Source of the DNA: Nannocystaceae bacterium | Lineage (GTDB): Bacteria; Myxococcota_A; Polyangia; Nannocystales; Nannocystaceae | Direction: 5' to 3' | DNA length: 64,000 bases | NCBI GenBank assembly: GCA_017996215.1 | Contig: JAGOHL010000017.1 | Span: 60,118-124,117, forward strand | Part shown: piece after piece, positions 9,706-20,414 of the stretch | How the letters are laid out: every line of letters begins with the position of its first letter | Position numbering within the stretch: the stretch's first letter is position 1 | Notes under the pieces: model-generated | What the model saw: the letters and a program-made list of their open reading frames with translations, nothing else | What the model was told of the DNA's origin: nothing | The model's database searches: none | Program-made: the position numbers and the translations under genes

Positions 9706-10917
9706 ATGGCCTCGGCGATGGGTCACGCACGACGGCGGTGGATCGCGGGCGCGGTGAGCCTCGGCCTGCTCGCGGGCGCTGGCATCTACGTCGCGCGCCG
9801 CTGGCGAGGCCCGGTGGTGACGACCATCCAGCCGCGACGTGGCGCGCTCGCGCAGACCCTGGTGGCGATCGGCCGGGTCGATGCCCCGGCCGAGATCACC
9901 TTCGCCGCACGTGAATCCACGAAGATCACGCGCGTGGGCGTCGAGGAAGGCGAGCACGTCGTCGCGGGCGAGCTGATCGTGCAGATGGACCAGGCCGAGG
10001 CCGAAGCCATGGTCGTCCAGGCCCAGGCCTCGCTGCAGCAGGCACGCGCACGCACGAAGCAGGTGTCGACGATCTCGGCGCCTTCGGCGGCCGCGGGGCT
10101 GCGCGAGGCGAAGGCCAACCTCGCGGAGGCGCAGCGCGCATTCGATCGCAGCGAGCTGCTGTTCGGCAGTGGCAACCTCAACGCGGCCGATCTCGATCTG
10201 GCGCGCACCGAGCTCGCGGTCGCGCGTGCGCGGGCGCGAACCGCCGAGCTACAGCAGGCAGCCGTCAGCAAGTCGGGCGCGGACTGGCAGGCCGCCATCG
10301 CCGCGGAGATGTTCGCCGAGGCTGGACTCGCAGCGGCCGAGGCCCGACTCGATCGACTGCGCATCGTCGCGCCCTCGGCGGGCACGCTGGTGGAGCGCAC
10401 CGCCGAGGTCGGCGACATCGTGCAGCTCGGCACCCGCCTCGGCCGCATGACCCTCGACGGGCCGACCCGCTTGGTGATCGAGCCGGACGAGAAGAACCTC
10501 CGCTTGCTCGCGGTCGGCCAGCGGGCGCTGGCGTCGGCCGAGGCGTTCCCCGATCTCCAGTTCGACGCGACGGTCGACTACATCGCGCCGGCGGTCGACG
10601 CGATGCGCGGGACCATCGAGGTGCGGCTGTCGGTCGCCGACCCGCCGAGCTACCTGCGCACGGACATGACGGTGTCCGTCGAGATCGAGGTCGGTCGCGT
10701 CGACGAAGCCATCGTCGTGCCGCTCGAGGTCGTGCGCGACCTGGCCTCGCGCGCGCCCTGGACCCTCGCGATCGAACACGGCGTCGCCGTGCGCCGTGAG
10801 CTCACGCTGGGGCTGCGCGGCGACGCCGACGTCGAGGTCGTCGAGGGCTTGCGCGGCGACGAAGACCTCATCCCGCTCGATGCGCGTGACATCCAAGCCG
10901 GCGACCGGGTGCGGTGA
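9706..10917 (+). CDS. HlyD-family membrane fusion protein (DevB/MacA-like periplasmic adaptor)
   Basis: N-terminal TM anchor, coiled-coil hairpin (AEAEAMVVQAQASLQQARARTKQ...) and beta-barrel/lipoyl-like domains. First gene of a three-gene exporter operon. Confidence 0.8.
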   Translation: MASAMGHARRRWIAGAVSLGLLAGAGIYVARRWRGPVVTTIQPRRGALAQTLVAIGRVDAPAEITFAARESTKITRVGVEEGEHVVAGELIVQMDQAEAEAMVVQAQASLQQARARTKQVSTISAPSAAAGLREAKANLAEAQRAFDRSELLFGSGNLNAADLDLARTELAVARARARTAELQQAAVSKSGADWQAAIAAEMFAEAGLAAAEARLDRLRIVAPSAGTLVERTAEVGDIVQLGTRLGRMTLDGPTRLVIEPDEKNLRLLAVGQRALASAEAFPDLQFDATVDYIAPAVDAMRGTIEVRLSVADPPSYLRTDMTVSVEIEVGRVDEAIVVPLEVVRDLASRAPWTLAIEHGVAVRRELTLGLRGDADVEVVEGLRGDEDLIPLDARDIQAGDRVR

Positions 10918-10921
10918 GCCG

Positions 10922-12139
10922 ATGCCGATTGCGCTCTTCGTCGCGCTGCAGTTCCTCCGCGAGGGCAAGACCGCGTCCTCGTTGGTGGTGGCCGCCGTCG
11001 GGGTCGGCGTGACGGTGATCGTGTTCCTGTCGGCCCTGATCGGCGGGCTGCAGCAGAGCCTCATCGACAAGACCCTCGGCACGCAGGCCCACGTCGTGGT
11101 GCGACCGCCCGAGGAGGCGCCACGTCGGCTGCGCGCCGAGCCCGACACCATCATCGCTCCGAGGGTCCAACGACCGGCGCAGCGCGTGCGCTCGATCGTG
11201 GGCTGGCAGCGCGCGATGGCGGAGCTCGCCGACGACCCCGAGGTCGAGGTCGTCACGCCGGTCGTGACCGGACCGGGCTTCGCGGTGCGAGGGACCGCGT
11301 CCAAGGCCGTCACGGTGCTGGGCATCGACGTCGCGAGCTACGTCCGCGTGATCGCGATCGACGATCGTCTGGTCGCAGGCGAGCTCCCCCGCAGCGGCGC
11401 GGAGGCGGCGATCGGCAGCGAGCTCGCGACCGACCTCGGCATCGAGGTCGGTGACAAGCTCCGTCTCCAAGCTGCCGGTGGCCGCACCGAGCTGTTCACC
11501 ATCTCGGGCGTGTTCAGGCTCGGCAATCGCGAGGTCGACGAGCGCTGGGTGTTGCTGACGCTCCGTTCGGGCCAGACCTTGCTCGATCTCGTCGGCGGTG
11601 TCTCGAGCCTCGAGCTCCGCGTCGCGACGCTCTTCGATGCCGAGCGCACGGCATCACGGCTGGCGTCGGCGACGGGGCTCGTGAGCGAGAGCTGGATGAC
11701 GACCAATGCCGAGCTGCTCACCGCGCTGCGCTCGCAGGGCGCGTCGAGCCTGCTGATCCAGGCCTTCGTGGTGCTCGCGGTGACGATCGGCATCGCGAGC
11801 GTGCTGGTGGTGTCGGTGGTACAGAAGCGTCGCGAGATCGGCATCCTGCGGGCGATGGGCCTGTCGCGAGGGCGGATCGTGCAGGTCTTCATGATCCAGG
11901 GCGGTGTTCTCGGTTTGCTGGGCTCCGTCGTCGGCGTCGCGGCCGGCATCGCCGTCGCGATGGCGTTCCGCGGCGCCGTGGTCGACGCCCGCGGGGCGCC
12001 GTTGTTTCCCATCTCGGTCGAGCTGCCACTCGTGCTCACCGCCGCCGCCACGGCGATCGCCACCGGCCTCGTGGCCGCCCTGCTCCCGGCCCTGCGCGCG
12101 GGTCGACTCGATCCCGCAGTCGCGATCCGCCATGACTGA
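10922..12139 (+). CDS. ABC transporter permease, FtsX/MacB/DevC family
   Basis: TM1 followed by a large periplasmic domain and a C-terminal three-TM FtsX fold ([21 protein letters not shown]...). ATG 10922 lies 5 bp after the adaptor stop. Overlaps the next gene by ATGA. Confidence 0.8.
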   Translation: MPIALFVALQFLREGKTASSLVVAAVGVGVTVIVFLSALIGGLQQSLIDKTLGTQAHVVVRPPEEAPRRLRAEPDTIIAPRVQRPAQRVRSIVGWQRAMAELADDPEVEVVTPVVTGPGFAVRGTASKAVTVLGIDVASYVRVIAIDDRLVAGELPRSGAEAAIGSELATDLGIEVGDKLRLQAAGGRTELFTISGVFRLGNREVDERWVLLTLRSGQTLLDLVGGVSSLELRVATLFDAERTASRLASATGLVSESWMTTNAELLTALRSQGASSLLIQAFVVLAVTIGIASVLVVSVVQKRREIGILRAMGLSRGRIVQVFMIQGGVLGLLGSVVGVAAGIAVAMAFRGAVVDARGAPLFPISVELPLVLTAAATAIATGLVAALLPALRAGRLDPAVAIRHD

Positions 12140-12827
12140 CGCCGTCATCGAGCTCATCGGGGTCACCAAGGACTTCGGCGACGACGTCGTGACCCGGGTA
12201 CTCAAGGGCATCGACCTGCGCGTCGAGGCGGGGGAGTTCACGGCGCTGGTCGGCCCCTCCGGCTCGGGCAAGAGCACGCTGCTGAACCTGCTCGGCCTGC
12301 TCGACCGCCCCACCGGCGGCGTGCTGCGGGTGCTCGGCCGCGACATCGCGGGCCTCGACGACGCCGAGCTCACCGCGCTGCGCGGTCGATCGATCGGCTT
12401 CGTGTTCCAGTTCCATCACCTGTTGCCCGCGCTCACCGCGGTGCAGAACGTCCTCCTGCCCCTGGCGATCACCGCTGGTCACGTCACCGCCGAGCAGCGT
12501 GCCGCCGCCATCGAAGGCCTACGCGAGGTCGGCCTCGAGGGTCGCGCCGACGAGCGCACCACTCGGCTGTCCGGTGGTCAGCAACAGCGCGTGGCGATTG
12601 CCCGCGCGCTGATCGGCCGACCACCACTGGTGCTCGCCGACGAACCCACCGGCAACCTCGACACCGCCACCGCCGACGAGGTCTTCGAGCTGCTGCGAAC
12701 CTTCAATCGCCGCTCGAAGATGGCCTTCCTCGTGGTCACGCACTCGCCGGAGCTGGCGGCCCGTTGCGACCGCGTCGTCACGCTGGTCGACGGTCGGATC
12801 GTCGACGACCGACGCCCCACACCATGA
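12132..12827 (+). CDS. ABC transporter ATP-binding protein (DevA/LolD/MacB-ATPase type)
   Basis: Walker A 'GPSGSGKST', Q-loop, ABC signature '[15 protein letters not shown]', Walker B '[12 protein letters not shown]' and H-loop. Start ATG 12132 overlaps the permease stop (ATGA). Confidence 0.9.
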   Translation: MTDAVIELIGVTKDFGDDVVTRVLKGIDLRVEAGEFTALVGPSGSGKSTLLNLLGLLDRPTGGVLRVLGRDIAGLDDAELTALRGRSIGFVFQFHHLLPALTAVQNVLLPLAITAGHVTAEQRAAAIEGLREVGLEGRADERTTRLSGGQQQRVAIARALIGRPPLVLADEPTGNLDTATADEVFELLRTFNRRSKMAFLVVTHSPELAARCDRVVTLVDGRIVDDRRPTP

Positions 12828-12845
12828 ACCCGCGTCGCCGCGGCG

Positions 12846-14111
12846 TCATCGGGTCAGCAGGCCGACGGTATCGACGACCGACGGTCGATTGAACCACTCG
12901 CGACGCAGGCGCGCGAACACCCGGTGGGCCACCAGGATCACCACGATGTCAGCGCTACGCAGGGCCTCCTCCGGGCTCTGCAGCGGCACGCCCTCGATCG
13001 GCGAGCTGCGCAGGTGCGGCTCGACTGCGACCACGTCGCCAAAATCCGCCGCCGCCAGCTCGCGCACCACCTCGAGCGCGGGGCTCTCGCGCACGTCGTC
13101 GATATCGGGCTTGTAGGTGAGGCCGAGGCACACGATCTTCGGTCGCTTGAAGCGCTCCGCGATCGTGCGCACCTGCGCGACCACGCGGTGGGGCCGCCCG
13201 TCGTTCACGCGCCGCGCCGCATTGATGAGCGGCGTGTGCTCGGGCGCGACCGCGACGATGAACCACGGATCGACCGCGATGCAGTGGCCGCCGACGCCCG
13301 GGCCCGGTCGCAGGATGTTGACGCGGGGGTGACGATTGGCCAGCCGAATCACCTCCCACACGTCGAGGTCGAGCGCGTCGCAGACGTTGGACAGCTCGTT
13401 GGCGAACGCGATGTTCACGTCGCGGAAGGCGTTCTCGGACAGCTTCACCAGCTCCGCGGCGTCGGCGGTGCAGCGCAGCACCTCGCCCGCCACGAAGCGC
13501 TCGTAGAAGGCCGCGGCGGCCTCGGTGCACGCCGGCGTCACGCCGCCGACCACGCGATCGTTCTCGACCACCTCGCGGATCACCGCGCCCGGCAGCACCC
13601 GCTCGGGCGCGTGCGCCACGAACACGTCGCGCCCGGCCACGAAGCCGCCCTGCTCGAGGATGCCCGCAACCAACGCACGGGTGGTGCCGGGCGGACTGGT
13701 GGACTCGAGCACCACGAGGTTGCCCGGCCGCAGCACCGGCAAGAGCGCGCGGGTGGCCGCCTCGACGAAGCGCATGTCGGGGCTGTGCCCGGGGCCGAAG
13801 GGCGTGGGCACGCAGATGAGGAACGCGTCGGCCGCCTGCGGCGCGTCGAAGGCCCGCAGGTTGCCGGCCGCCACCGCAGCGCGCACGAGCGCATCGAGCT
13901 CGGGCTCGACGATGTGGATGCGGCCCTCGTTGATGGTCGAGACCACGTCATTCCGTGTATCGACCCCGGCGATTTTCATCGGCGGCGATGCGGCACTGGC
14001 CCCACCGCGGGTCGCGAGCACCGCCGCGGTCGGCAGACCCACGTAGCCGAGACCGATCACACACACATCCCACGTGGCACGGTCACTCGAAGACTGCGAC
14101 GAAGTGTTCAT
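12846..14111 (-). CDS. Nucleotide-sugar dehydrogenase (UDP-N-acetyl-D-mannosamine / UDP-GlcNAc 6-dehydrogenase family, WecC/WbpA-like)
   Basis: N-terminal Rossmann '[14 protein letters not shown]', catalytic Cys region '[16 protein letters not shown]' and C-terminal UDP-binding domain. Confidence 0.85.
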   Translation of the reverse strand: MNTSSQSSSDRATWDVCVIGLGYVGLPTAAVLATRGGASAASPPMKIAGVDTRNDVVSTINEGRIHIVEPELDALVRAAVAAGNLRAFDAPQAADAFLICVPTPFGPGHSPDMRFVEAATRALLPVLRPGNLVVLESTSPPGTTRALVAGILEQGGFVAGRDVFVAHAPERVLPGAVIREVVENDRVVGGVTPACTEAAAAFYERFVAGEVLRCTADAAELVKLSENAFRDVNIAFANELSNVCDALDLDVWEVIRLANRHPRVNILRPGPGVGGHCIAVDPWFIVAVAPEHTPLINAARRVNDGRPHRVVAQVRTIAERFKRPKIVCLGLTYKPDIDDVRESPALEVVRELAAADFGDVVAVEPHLRSSPIEGVPLQSPEEALRSADIVVILVAHRVFARLRREWFNRPSVVDTVGLLTR

Positions 14112-14254
14112 CCAACGAACTCCATGTCATGCTAAGGGCAAAGTCGTGATTGCGTCCACGGTTGGTCCGCTCGAATTCGTGGTGGCGGGGGTCGGAACGC
14201 ATCGACCACTGTCAGCGCATGCACGCTCGGGGCAAGTGACAGGGGGATGACCGC

Positions 14255-15757
14255 GTGAACGCCTCGCTCGGCACACTCTGGCTCGGCGCGATCGCGGCCT
14301 TCGCGGTCGTCGCGGGGCTGATGCCGCTGGTGCTCCGGGCCTGGCGGGCGCTGGGTCACCGCGACGACGAGGTCAGCCTCCGCAAGGTTCACACCGGACA
14401 GATCCCGCGGGCAGGCGGCCTGGTGATCCTCTTCGGTTTCGGCGTGATGCTGGTGATCGGCCTCGCGGGTGTCAGCTCGCTGTCGGCGACGCACGAGCTC
14501 TTCAGCGTCTCGCCGCTCACGGGCGCGCTGCTGGGTGCGCTCATCGTGGGGATGACCGGCGCCTACGACGATCTCGTGGGCCTGCGTCCGCGCACCAAGC
14601 TCGCGATGCAGCTGGTGGCGGCGAGCGTCGCCGTGCTCTACGGCCTGCACTGGCCCGCGCTCGAGCTACTGGTCGGCTGGGAGTACAACTGGCTCGCGAC
14701 GCTGCTCACGATTGGCTTCTTGGTCGCCGGTGTGAACGCGGTGAACATGATGGACGGGCTCGATGGGCTCGCCGCCGGCATCGCGGTGGTGGGCTTCACG
14801 ACGGTGGTGCTGGCGATCTTCGCCGGGCCCACGCTCGTGCCCGGCACGCTCGCGGTGGGTTGGGCGGCCGCATGCGCGCTCGGAGCCACCGCGGGCTTCC
14901 TGCTGCACAACCGCCACCCGGCCAAGGTGTTCATGGGCGACGCGGGCAGCTACTTCGTCGGCTTCCTGCTGCCGGCGCTGCTCGTGCAAGTGTCGCCGGT
15001 GCGCTGGCGCGTGCCGGAGATCCAGCTGTCGATCGCGGTCCTGCCCCTCACGGTGCCACTGTTCGACATGACACTGGCGATCGTGCGTCGCACGCTGCGG
15101 GGTCAGCCGATCTTCAGCGGTGACTCCGACCACGTGCACCACCGCCTCATGGCGGCCGGGTTCTCGCATGCGCGCGCGGTCACGGTGCTGTGGCTGTCGT
15201 CGATGATGTTCGCGGCGCTGGCCTACCTCAACGTCATCGGCATCGGCGGCTGGTGGACGCTGCTCGGCACGCTGGTGGCGGTGGCGATGGCCTCGGTGCT
15301 GCTCGGCTACCACCGCATGCTCGCGCGCCTGCCAGCCTTCACCGGCGAGCGGTTCCTCGGCTGGCGCGATCGTCGGCGCGAGGTGATGGAGCTGCTCGAC
15401 TCCCTGGAGCGCGTGCGGCTGTCGGGCAACGACCGCGGCGAGGCCCGCTGGCGCCGCGTCGCGCCCGAGATCGCACTGGTGCTGGGTCGACTCGGCATCC
15501 CCGCGTTCCAGATCCGCCACCGCGAAGAGGTCGTGGTCGGCAGCGGCGATGCCCGCGACGCGTGGGCGTGGCTGGGGCTGCCACTACCGGGGCAAGACGG
15601 CGCCGAGCTGCGACTCGCGCTCGCGGTTCGCCTGCCCGAGCTGCAGCAGGAACGCCTGATGCTGATCGAGCGCGCGGTGCTGGCGGTCGCGGGCGAGGGG
15701 TCGGCGGCGCGTCAGCTCGCGGTCGTGCGGGACGATCGCGACGCCGCGGTGAGCTGA
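14255..15757 (+). CDS. Polyprenyl-phosphate N-acetylhexosamine-1-phosphate transferase (WecA/MraY superfamily, GT4) with C-terminal extension
   Basis: Multi-TM protein with MraY/WecA signatures 'NAVNMMDGLDGLAAG' and 'FMGDAGSYFVGFLL'. About 150 aa soluble C-terminal tail. Divergent from the sugar dehydrogenase gene. Confidence 0.8.
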   Translation: MNASLGTLWLGAIAAFAVVAGLMPLVLRAWRALGHRDDEVSLRKVHTGQIPRAGGLVILFGFGVMLVIGLAGVSSLSATHELFSVSPLTGALLGALIVGMTGAYDDLVGLRPRTKLAMQLVAASVAVLYGLHWPALELLVGWEYNWLATLLTIGFLVAGVNAVNMMDGLDGLAAGIAVVGFTTVVLAIFAGPTLVPGTLAVGWAAACALGATAGFLLHNRHPAKVFMGDAGSYFVGFLLPALLVQVSPVRWRVPEIQLSIAVLPLTVPLFDMTLAIVRRTLRGQPIFSGDSDHVHHRLMAAGFSHARAVTVLWLSSMMFAALAYLNVIGIGGWWTLLGTLVAVAMASVLLGYHRMLARLPAFTGERFLGWRDRRREVMELLDSLERVRLSGNDRGEARWRRVAPEIALVLGRLGIPAFQIRHREEVVVGSGDARDAWAWLGLPLPGQDGAELRLALAVRLPELQQERLMLIERAVLAVAGEGSAARQLAVVRDDRDAAVS

Positions 15758-15849
15758 AGGCTTGGGGCCGCTTGCGGGCGGCGCCTTCGCACGCCCACGC
15801 CCGAGCGAAGACCCGCGCGGCGGCGCGTCGCTCCCCACGCGCGCGCGAG

Positions 15850-17445
15850 TCAGCGACCGGCGGTGCGCGGCGGCCGAGCAGTCGACGCAGCGACCTTCGG
15901 CACCGGACCCGTGACGTGCACGTCGAAGGCCTCGCCCTTGCGGGTCACCACCGCCTGGGTGGGTGCTCGCTGCGCCTGCAGGCCGAGCAGCGGCGCGAGC
16001 GACTGCACGCGGTCGAGCTGCGCGAGCGACTCGCCGTCGATGGCCACGGTCGCGGCCAGTAGGTGATCGGTGCTCTTGTTGCCCGGCGTGGCGCCCTTGG
16101 TCTGCTCGAGCCAGTCGGCCAGCGACTCCGCGGCGGTGGGTCCGATCGCGACGGCCACCGCGCCGGCGTGGGGACTGCCCGCGAACGCGACCCGCAGAGC
16201 GCCCTGCTCGTCGATCAGCGAGGCGAACTCGGGCGGCAGCAGCTTGCGTGCGTTGTCGACCGCGAGCACATGCACGTTCACGCCCGCAGCGGTGCTGCGG
16301 TTGCGCTTGAAGCGGAGCTTGGGCACCGAGACGCCGAACGTGCGCGCGAGATCGAGGTTGCCGAGCACCGCATCGATGAGCCCGATGACGGAGTTGCTCG
16401 CCCGTGCGGGGTCGTCGGCGCCGAGCGCCAGCACGATGTGATTGCGCGGCCCCAGACCCACCAGCACGCGGCCGTTCCAGCTGCGCAGCACGGTGTTGTA
16501 GCGCTTGAGCATGTCCTCGAGCACGCCCTTGACCAGGAAGTTCTGCTTGTTGACCTCGCGCGTCGCGGTCGAGATCAGGTCCTTCACCACGGTCTGGTAC
16601 TTCGCGTAGCGCGACGACGCGCCGGCCACGATGCTCGGCGACGACAGCAGGCCAGTGAGCGCCCCCTCGGTGATCTCCGACAGGCCATCGATGGTGCCGT
16701 CACCCTCGGCGGTCACGCGGAAGTCGCCGATGTTCTCACCCTGCGCGACCACCCGGGCGAACGGGAACGTCGGCACAGCCTTGCGGATCTCCGCGCCGTC
16801 GATGGTCGCGAACACGCCGTGCTTGCCGTAGCCGTGGGCGAGCTCGCGGGCGGTCGCGAGGCCACGCTCGTCGCTCGCGAGCGCGAGCACGCCGTTGGCG
16901 GTGTCGAGCCACGCCAGCTTGGGCGGCACCAACGCGAGGCCAGCGGGCGCACCGGCGGGCGTGGTCGCGCCGCGCTGCAGATCGACCGCGCCGAACTTCC
17001 CGACCTTCGGACGACTGCCCAGCATCGAGGCGACCTCGGCCAGACGCACGCGCTCGATCGGCACCTGCACGATCAATTGTCCTTCGACGAGCGCCGCCGA
17101 CCACGGCCTGGCGAGGTCGAAGCTGGGCACCAATGAGGCCTCGAACGGCAACCCCACCTGGGTCAGCAACGTGCGCAGCACGCCGCGTGGATCGACCCCG
17201 AGCCCGGTCGTCTGCCCCAGCGCCACCAACGCGGGGGCGGGCGCTGCGAGGTGGGCGGCGAACTGCGGCTTGGCCGGCAGTGCGTAGGGCCGCGGCATGC
17301 TTGCCGGCGGCTTGGCCTCGCGTCGCTTGCCCTCGGCGGTGCGCCGCTCCGGCGCCGCCGTGGTCTCGGCCCCATCGTGCTTGCACGCCGTCAGCGGCGA
17401 GAGTGCGAGAGCAGAACCGAGGAGCAGGCGTTGCCAGCGTCGCAT
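15850..17445 (-). CDS. Hypothetical lipoprotein
   Basis: Signal peptide with lipobox 'LSPLTAC'. 531 aa, Ala/Leu/Gly-rich with protein-like composition. No recognised domain. Confidence 0.5.
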   Translation of the reverse strand: MRRWQRLLLGSALALSPLTACKHDGAETTAAPERRTAEGKRREAKPPASMPRPYALPAKPQFAAHLAAPAPALVALGQTTGLGVDPRGVLRTLLTQVGLPFEASLVPSFDLARPWSAALVEGQLIVQVPIERVRLAEVASMLGSRPKVGKFGAVDLQRGATTPAGAPAGLALVPPKLAWLDTANGVLALASDERGLATARELAHGYGKHGVFATIDGAEIRKAVPTFPFARVVAQGENIGDFRVTAEGDGTIDGLSEITEGALTGLLSSPSIVAGASSRYAKYQTVVKDLISTATREVNKQNFLVKGVLEDMLKRYNTVLRSWNGRVLVGLGPRNHIVLALGADDPARASNSVIGLIDAVLGNLDLARTFGVSVPKLRFKRNRSTAAGVNVHVLAVDNARKLLPPEFASLIDEQGALRVAFAGSPHAGAVAVAIGPTAAESLADWLEQTKGATPGNKSTDHLLAATVAIDGESLAQLDRVQSLAPLLGLQAQRAPTQAVVTRKGEAFDVHVTGPVPKVAASTARPPRTAGR

Positions 17446-17584
17446 GCGTGGAGTGGAACCTATCAGGAAGCGCGGGGGTCGGCACGTGCCGCGCAGTGGG
17501 CAGTGACGCCGCGCTCACACGCATGCTTCATGGTCCACGTGATCACGGCGACACGCGCTTGGTTTGCGCCAGCGTGCGCTCACG

Positions 17585-18451
17585 TCAAGGACGCGCGGTG
17601 GGATCGAGCACGCAGCGGAACCCGATCACGACGTGGCGCAGCGTAGGCGCGACCAAGCGCCGCGACGACGCGCGCGCGCGCCACGATGGGTCGCTCCATG
17701 CGGCGCCCTTCACGACCGCATGGCCGCGCTCGAAGCTCGCCGTCCACTCGGCGGCGTTGCCCGCGAGATCCTGCACACCGTGCGGGCCCGCGGTCGCTGG
17801 CCGCGCTCCGACCGGCTGCAAGTCACCCGCACCGCCCTCGCGGGTGTTGACCAGCGACGCGACGAAGCGGTCGCCCCACGGATACACGCGGGCATCGTCG
17901 CCACGGGCCGCTCGCTCCCACTGCGCCTCGGTCGGCAGCGAGCCGAAGCCGCGATGCTGCTCGCCCCACCACTCGCAGTAGGCCGCGGCCTCGGGTTGGC
18001 TCACCAACACGGCCGGTGCGTGCTCGCGCTCGCGACGAGGACGGCCCTGCACCCACGTGAACGTGCGCGGGTCGCCGCCCGGCAGCTCGTCGTCGAGCGC
18101 CTGCGTACGCGCCCACGTCTGCCGGTCGACCCATGGCTCCGCGGCACCGGTCGCGTAGACGTAGCGGGCGTACTCCTGCTGTGTCACCGGGTGCACCATC
18201 ATGTGATAGGTGCCGATGCGCGCACGATGCCGTGCGAGCTCGCGTCGCACCGAGGTCGCGGCCGCCCGCGCATCGCCGCCGAGCTTCACGGCGTCGTCGA
18301 TCGCCGCCGTGCGCTCGTCGAGCGAGGCTCCCATCGCGAACCATCCGCCCGCGATCGTGACGGTCTCGCTGGTGTCCACGCCGGCGTGGACGCAACCGCC
18401 GAGCGCCAGTGCGAGCAACCAGCCTGAGGGCGCCTGGATCGCGGTTGGCAT
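17585..18451 (-). CDS. FGE-sulfatase (SUMF1/formylglycine-generating enzyme) domain lipoprotein
   Basis: Lipoprotein signal (LALALGGC), then 'IAGGWFAMGAS...' and C-terminal 'GFRCV' motifs characteristic of the FGE-sulfatase fold. Confidence 0.7.
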   Translation of the reverse strand: MPTAIQAPSGWLLALALGGCVHAGVDTSETVTIAGGWFAMGASLDERTAAIDDAVKLGGDARAAATSVRRELARHRARIGTYHMMVHPVTQQEYARYVYATGAAEPWVDRQTWARTQALDDELPGGDPRTFTWVQGRPRREREHAPAVLVSQPEAAAYCEWWGEQHRGFGSLPTEAQWERAARGDDARVYPWGDRFVASLVNTREGGAGDLQPVGARPATAGPHGVQDLAGNAAEWTASFERGHAVVKGAAWSDPSWRARASSRRLVAPTLRHVVIGFRCVLDPTARP

Positions 18452-18572
18452 CGTCTCGCGTCATCGTCCGCGCGGGCGAGGTGCTGCAGGTCGGGTGCGC
18501 GGCGGCGATGGCCCCAAAGTTGGGCCCCACGTGGATCGCGGCGGCCCGTCCTGATACGACTGTGCCCAGGCG

Positions 18573-18959
18573 ATGACGACTCCGTTCTACTGCGTGTTGG
18601 TGGCGTGGGTGTTGATCTACCTGCCGAAGGTCGGCACCAGCATCGGCATGGCGCGGCAGCCCGGCGGCTACGACAACAAGCATCCTCGGGCCCAGCAAGC
18701 GCAACTGAGCGGGTGGCCGGCGCGCGCCCACGCGGCCCACCTCAACTCGTTCGAGACCTTCCCTGCCTTCGCCGCGGCGGTGATCGTCGCCCACCTCGCG
18801 GGCGCCGACCCCAGACGCGCGTCCCTGCTCTCGCTCACCTTCGTGATCACGCGCGCGCTGTACTTCGTCGCGTATGTTGCGAACGTCGACAAGCTGCGAT
18901 CCACGCTCTGGGGGATCGGGATCCTCGCGACGTTCGGGCTGTTCGTGATCGGGGTCTGA
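18573..18959 (+). CDS. MAPEG-family membrane protein
   Basis: 128 aa with a four-TM pattern, conserved 'RAHLNSFETFPAFAAAV' and 'RALYFVAY' segments typical of the MAPEG (YecN-like) family. Confidence 0.65.
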   Translation: MTTPFYCVLVAWVLIYLPKVGTSIGMARQPGGYDNKHPRAQQAQLSGWPARAHAAHLNSFETFPAFAAAVIVAHLAGADPRRASLLSLTFVITRALYFVAYVANVDKLRSTLWGIGILATFGLFVIGV

Positions 18960-18993
18960 TCGCCGCGCGCCGAGGTGGACGTACTGCGCGCGG

Positions 18994-19494
18994 CTAGAAC
19001 TCGATGCGCCAGGCGATCGCGAAGCCGCGCCCACGCGAGTAGGCACGAAGGCTGTGGCGCTGCCGCAGCCGACCGTCGCGCCAGATCCCGAGCACCGGCA
19101 GGCCGGCGGCGGCCACCGAGCCGAGGGCCGTGAGCGCCGAGGCGCCCGCACCCGGTCGCTGCAGCAACGTATCGCCGCGCATCTGCGCGAGGTCCAACAC
19201 CAGCTGCTCGGCTCGCTCGCGGGCATCGGTCGGCTGCGTGTTGATCGAGTCACCCGCCATGAGCCATCGCGCCCACGTCAGCTCGCGGCCCAGGCGATTC
19301 TCCTGTCCGAGCCACGGCCGCAGCGTGCCAGGGGTCGCCGCGGCATCGGTGCGGAGCAACACCGCGCCGTCGGACGGCGGCTCGCCCTCGTCGGCGTGGG
19401 CCGGACGCCCGAGCATCGACGCCAGCGCGCAGCCGAGCCCGAGGGCCGCCGCGCGGTGGAGCCGAATCCCGGCCATGGGACGAGCGTGCGTCAC
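18994..19494 (-). CDS. Hypothetical secreted protein (C-terminal Phe), encoded downstream of the ECF sigma factor
   Basis: Signal peptide (AALGLGCALASMLGRPAHA). 166 aa, ending 'AWRIEF'. Located 176 bp downstream of the sigma gene on the same strand. No known domain. Confidence 0.4.
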   Translation of the reverse strand: MTHARPMAGIRLHRAAALGLGCALASMLGRPAHADEGEPPSDGAVLLRTDAAATPGTLRPWLGQENRLGRELTWARWLMAGDSINTQPTDARERAEQLVLDLAQMRGDTLLQRPGAGASALTALGSVAAAGLPVLGIWRDGRLRQRHSLRAYSRGRGFAIAWRIEF

Positions 19495-19670
19495 GTCATA
19501 TCAAGCTAACCGCAGCCGCACCCGCTTGGGAAGCCCGTCGATGACGCGACCGGCCGGTCGAGCGGCGGCGCGGGCGGCCAACCCACACCGAGGGGTCGCC
19601 CCTTTGGTGCTCGGCCGGATGGCGGCTCACACAATCGGCAGCGGCGGCCTCGCCGGCGCGCGATCCAGCA

Positions 19671-20297
19671 CTACGCGGGCGAGCCGTCGTCGCGGCCGAA
19701 GTCTCGCTGGAGCGCAGCCGCCCAACGCTCCAGGTCGTCGACCGTGCTGCGAATCAGCTGATCGGAGACATGCATGCCCTCGATCCGGTCGCGCAGCATC
19801 TGTCGCGCGCGGAACAGGCGGCTCTTCACCGTGCCCGGCTGAACCCCGAGCACGGTCGCGATGTCGGCCACGCCCATGCCCTCCCAGTAGTGCAGCTCGA
19901 CGCAGATCTGGAAGTCGATCGGAATGCTGCGCAGGCCCTTGAGCAGCAGCTTCTTCTCCTCGTGCAGCGCCCGCAACTGCGACGGCGTGCCCATGAGGTC
20001 CTCGACCGAGAACTCGAGGAAGTCCTCGAGCTTCCCGTGGGTGCGCTTGCTGCGGTACTGGTGGAACAGCAGGTGCCGCGCGATGCCCAGCAGGTACGCG
20101 CGGAAGGTGCCGTCCTTGATGCGATCGAAGCCCTCGAGGCTGGCCAGGAAGGTCCGTTGCGTGAGGTCGTCGACGTCGTTGTCGATCTTGCTGCGGAAGA
20201 AGCGATAGACGCTGCTGAAGTGGCGATCGATGAGCTCGTTGCCCGCCGCCTTGTCGCCGTCCTTCCAGCGCTTCAGCAGTTCGAAGTCGTCACTCAA
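19671..20297 (-). CDS. ECF-type RNA polymerase sigma factor (sigma-70 family, group 4)
   Basis: Sigma-70 region 2 (DDLTQRTFLASLEGFDRIKDGTFRAYLLGIARH) and region 4 HTH (GMGVADIATVLGVQPGTVKSRLFRAR). Start set at TTG 20297 with AGGA 7 bp upstream, matching the N-terminus of the paralog at 49142 (DFELL...). The track ORF extends to 20390. Short C-terminal extension after region 4. Confidence 0.8.
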   Translation of the reverse strand: MSDDFELLKRWKDGDKAAGNELIDRHFSSVYRFFRSKIDNDVDDLTQRTFLASLEGFDRIKDGTFRAYLLGIARHLLFHQYRSKRTHGKLEDFLEFSVEDLMGTPSQLRALHEEKKLLLKGLRSIPIDFQICVELHYWEGMGVADIATVLGVQPGTVKSRLFRARQMLRDRIEGMHVSDQLIRSTVDDLERWAAALQRDFGRDDGSPA

Positions 20298-20414
20298 GGT
20301 GAGTCCTAGCGTACGCCGTCGCGTCGCGCCGCACCACCCCAGCGCGCGCGCAGAGGCCAGCGCGCGCGCACGAGGCCAGGGCTCGCGCACGAGGCCGCCA
20401 TGGCGGGGGACCGG

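Noticed and set aside
19585-19610. Short GC hairpin (AGGGG-tcg-CCCCT followed by TTTGG) downstream of the sigma gene as a possible intrinsic terminator
   Set aside because: On the sigma-coding (minus) strand the hairpin is not followed by a U-run. Only a weak T-run follows it on the plus strand. Not convincing as a terminator in either orientation.
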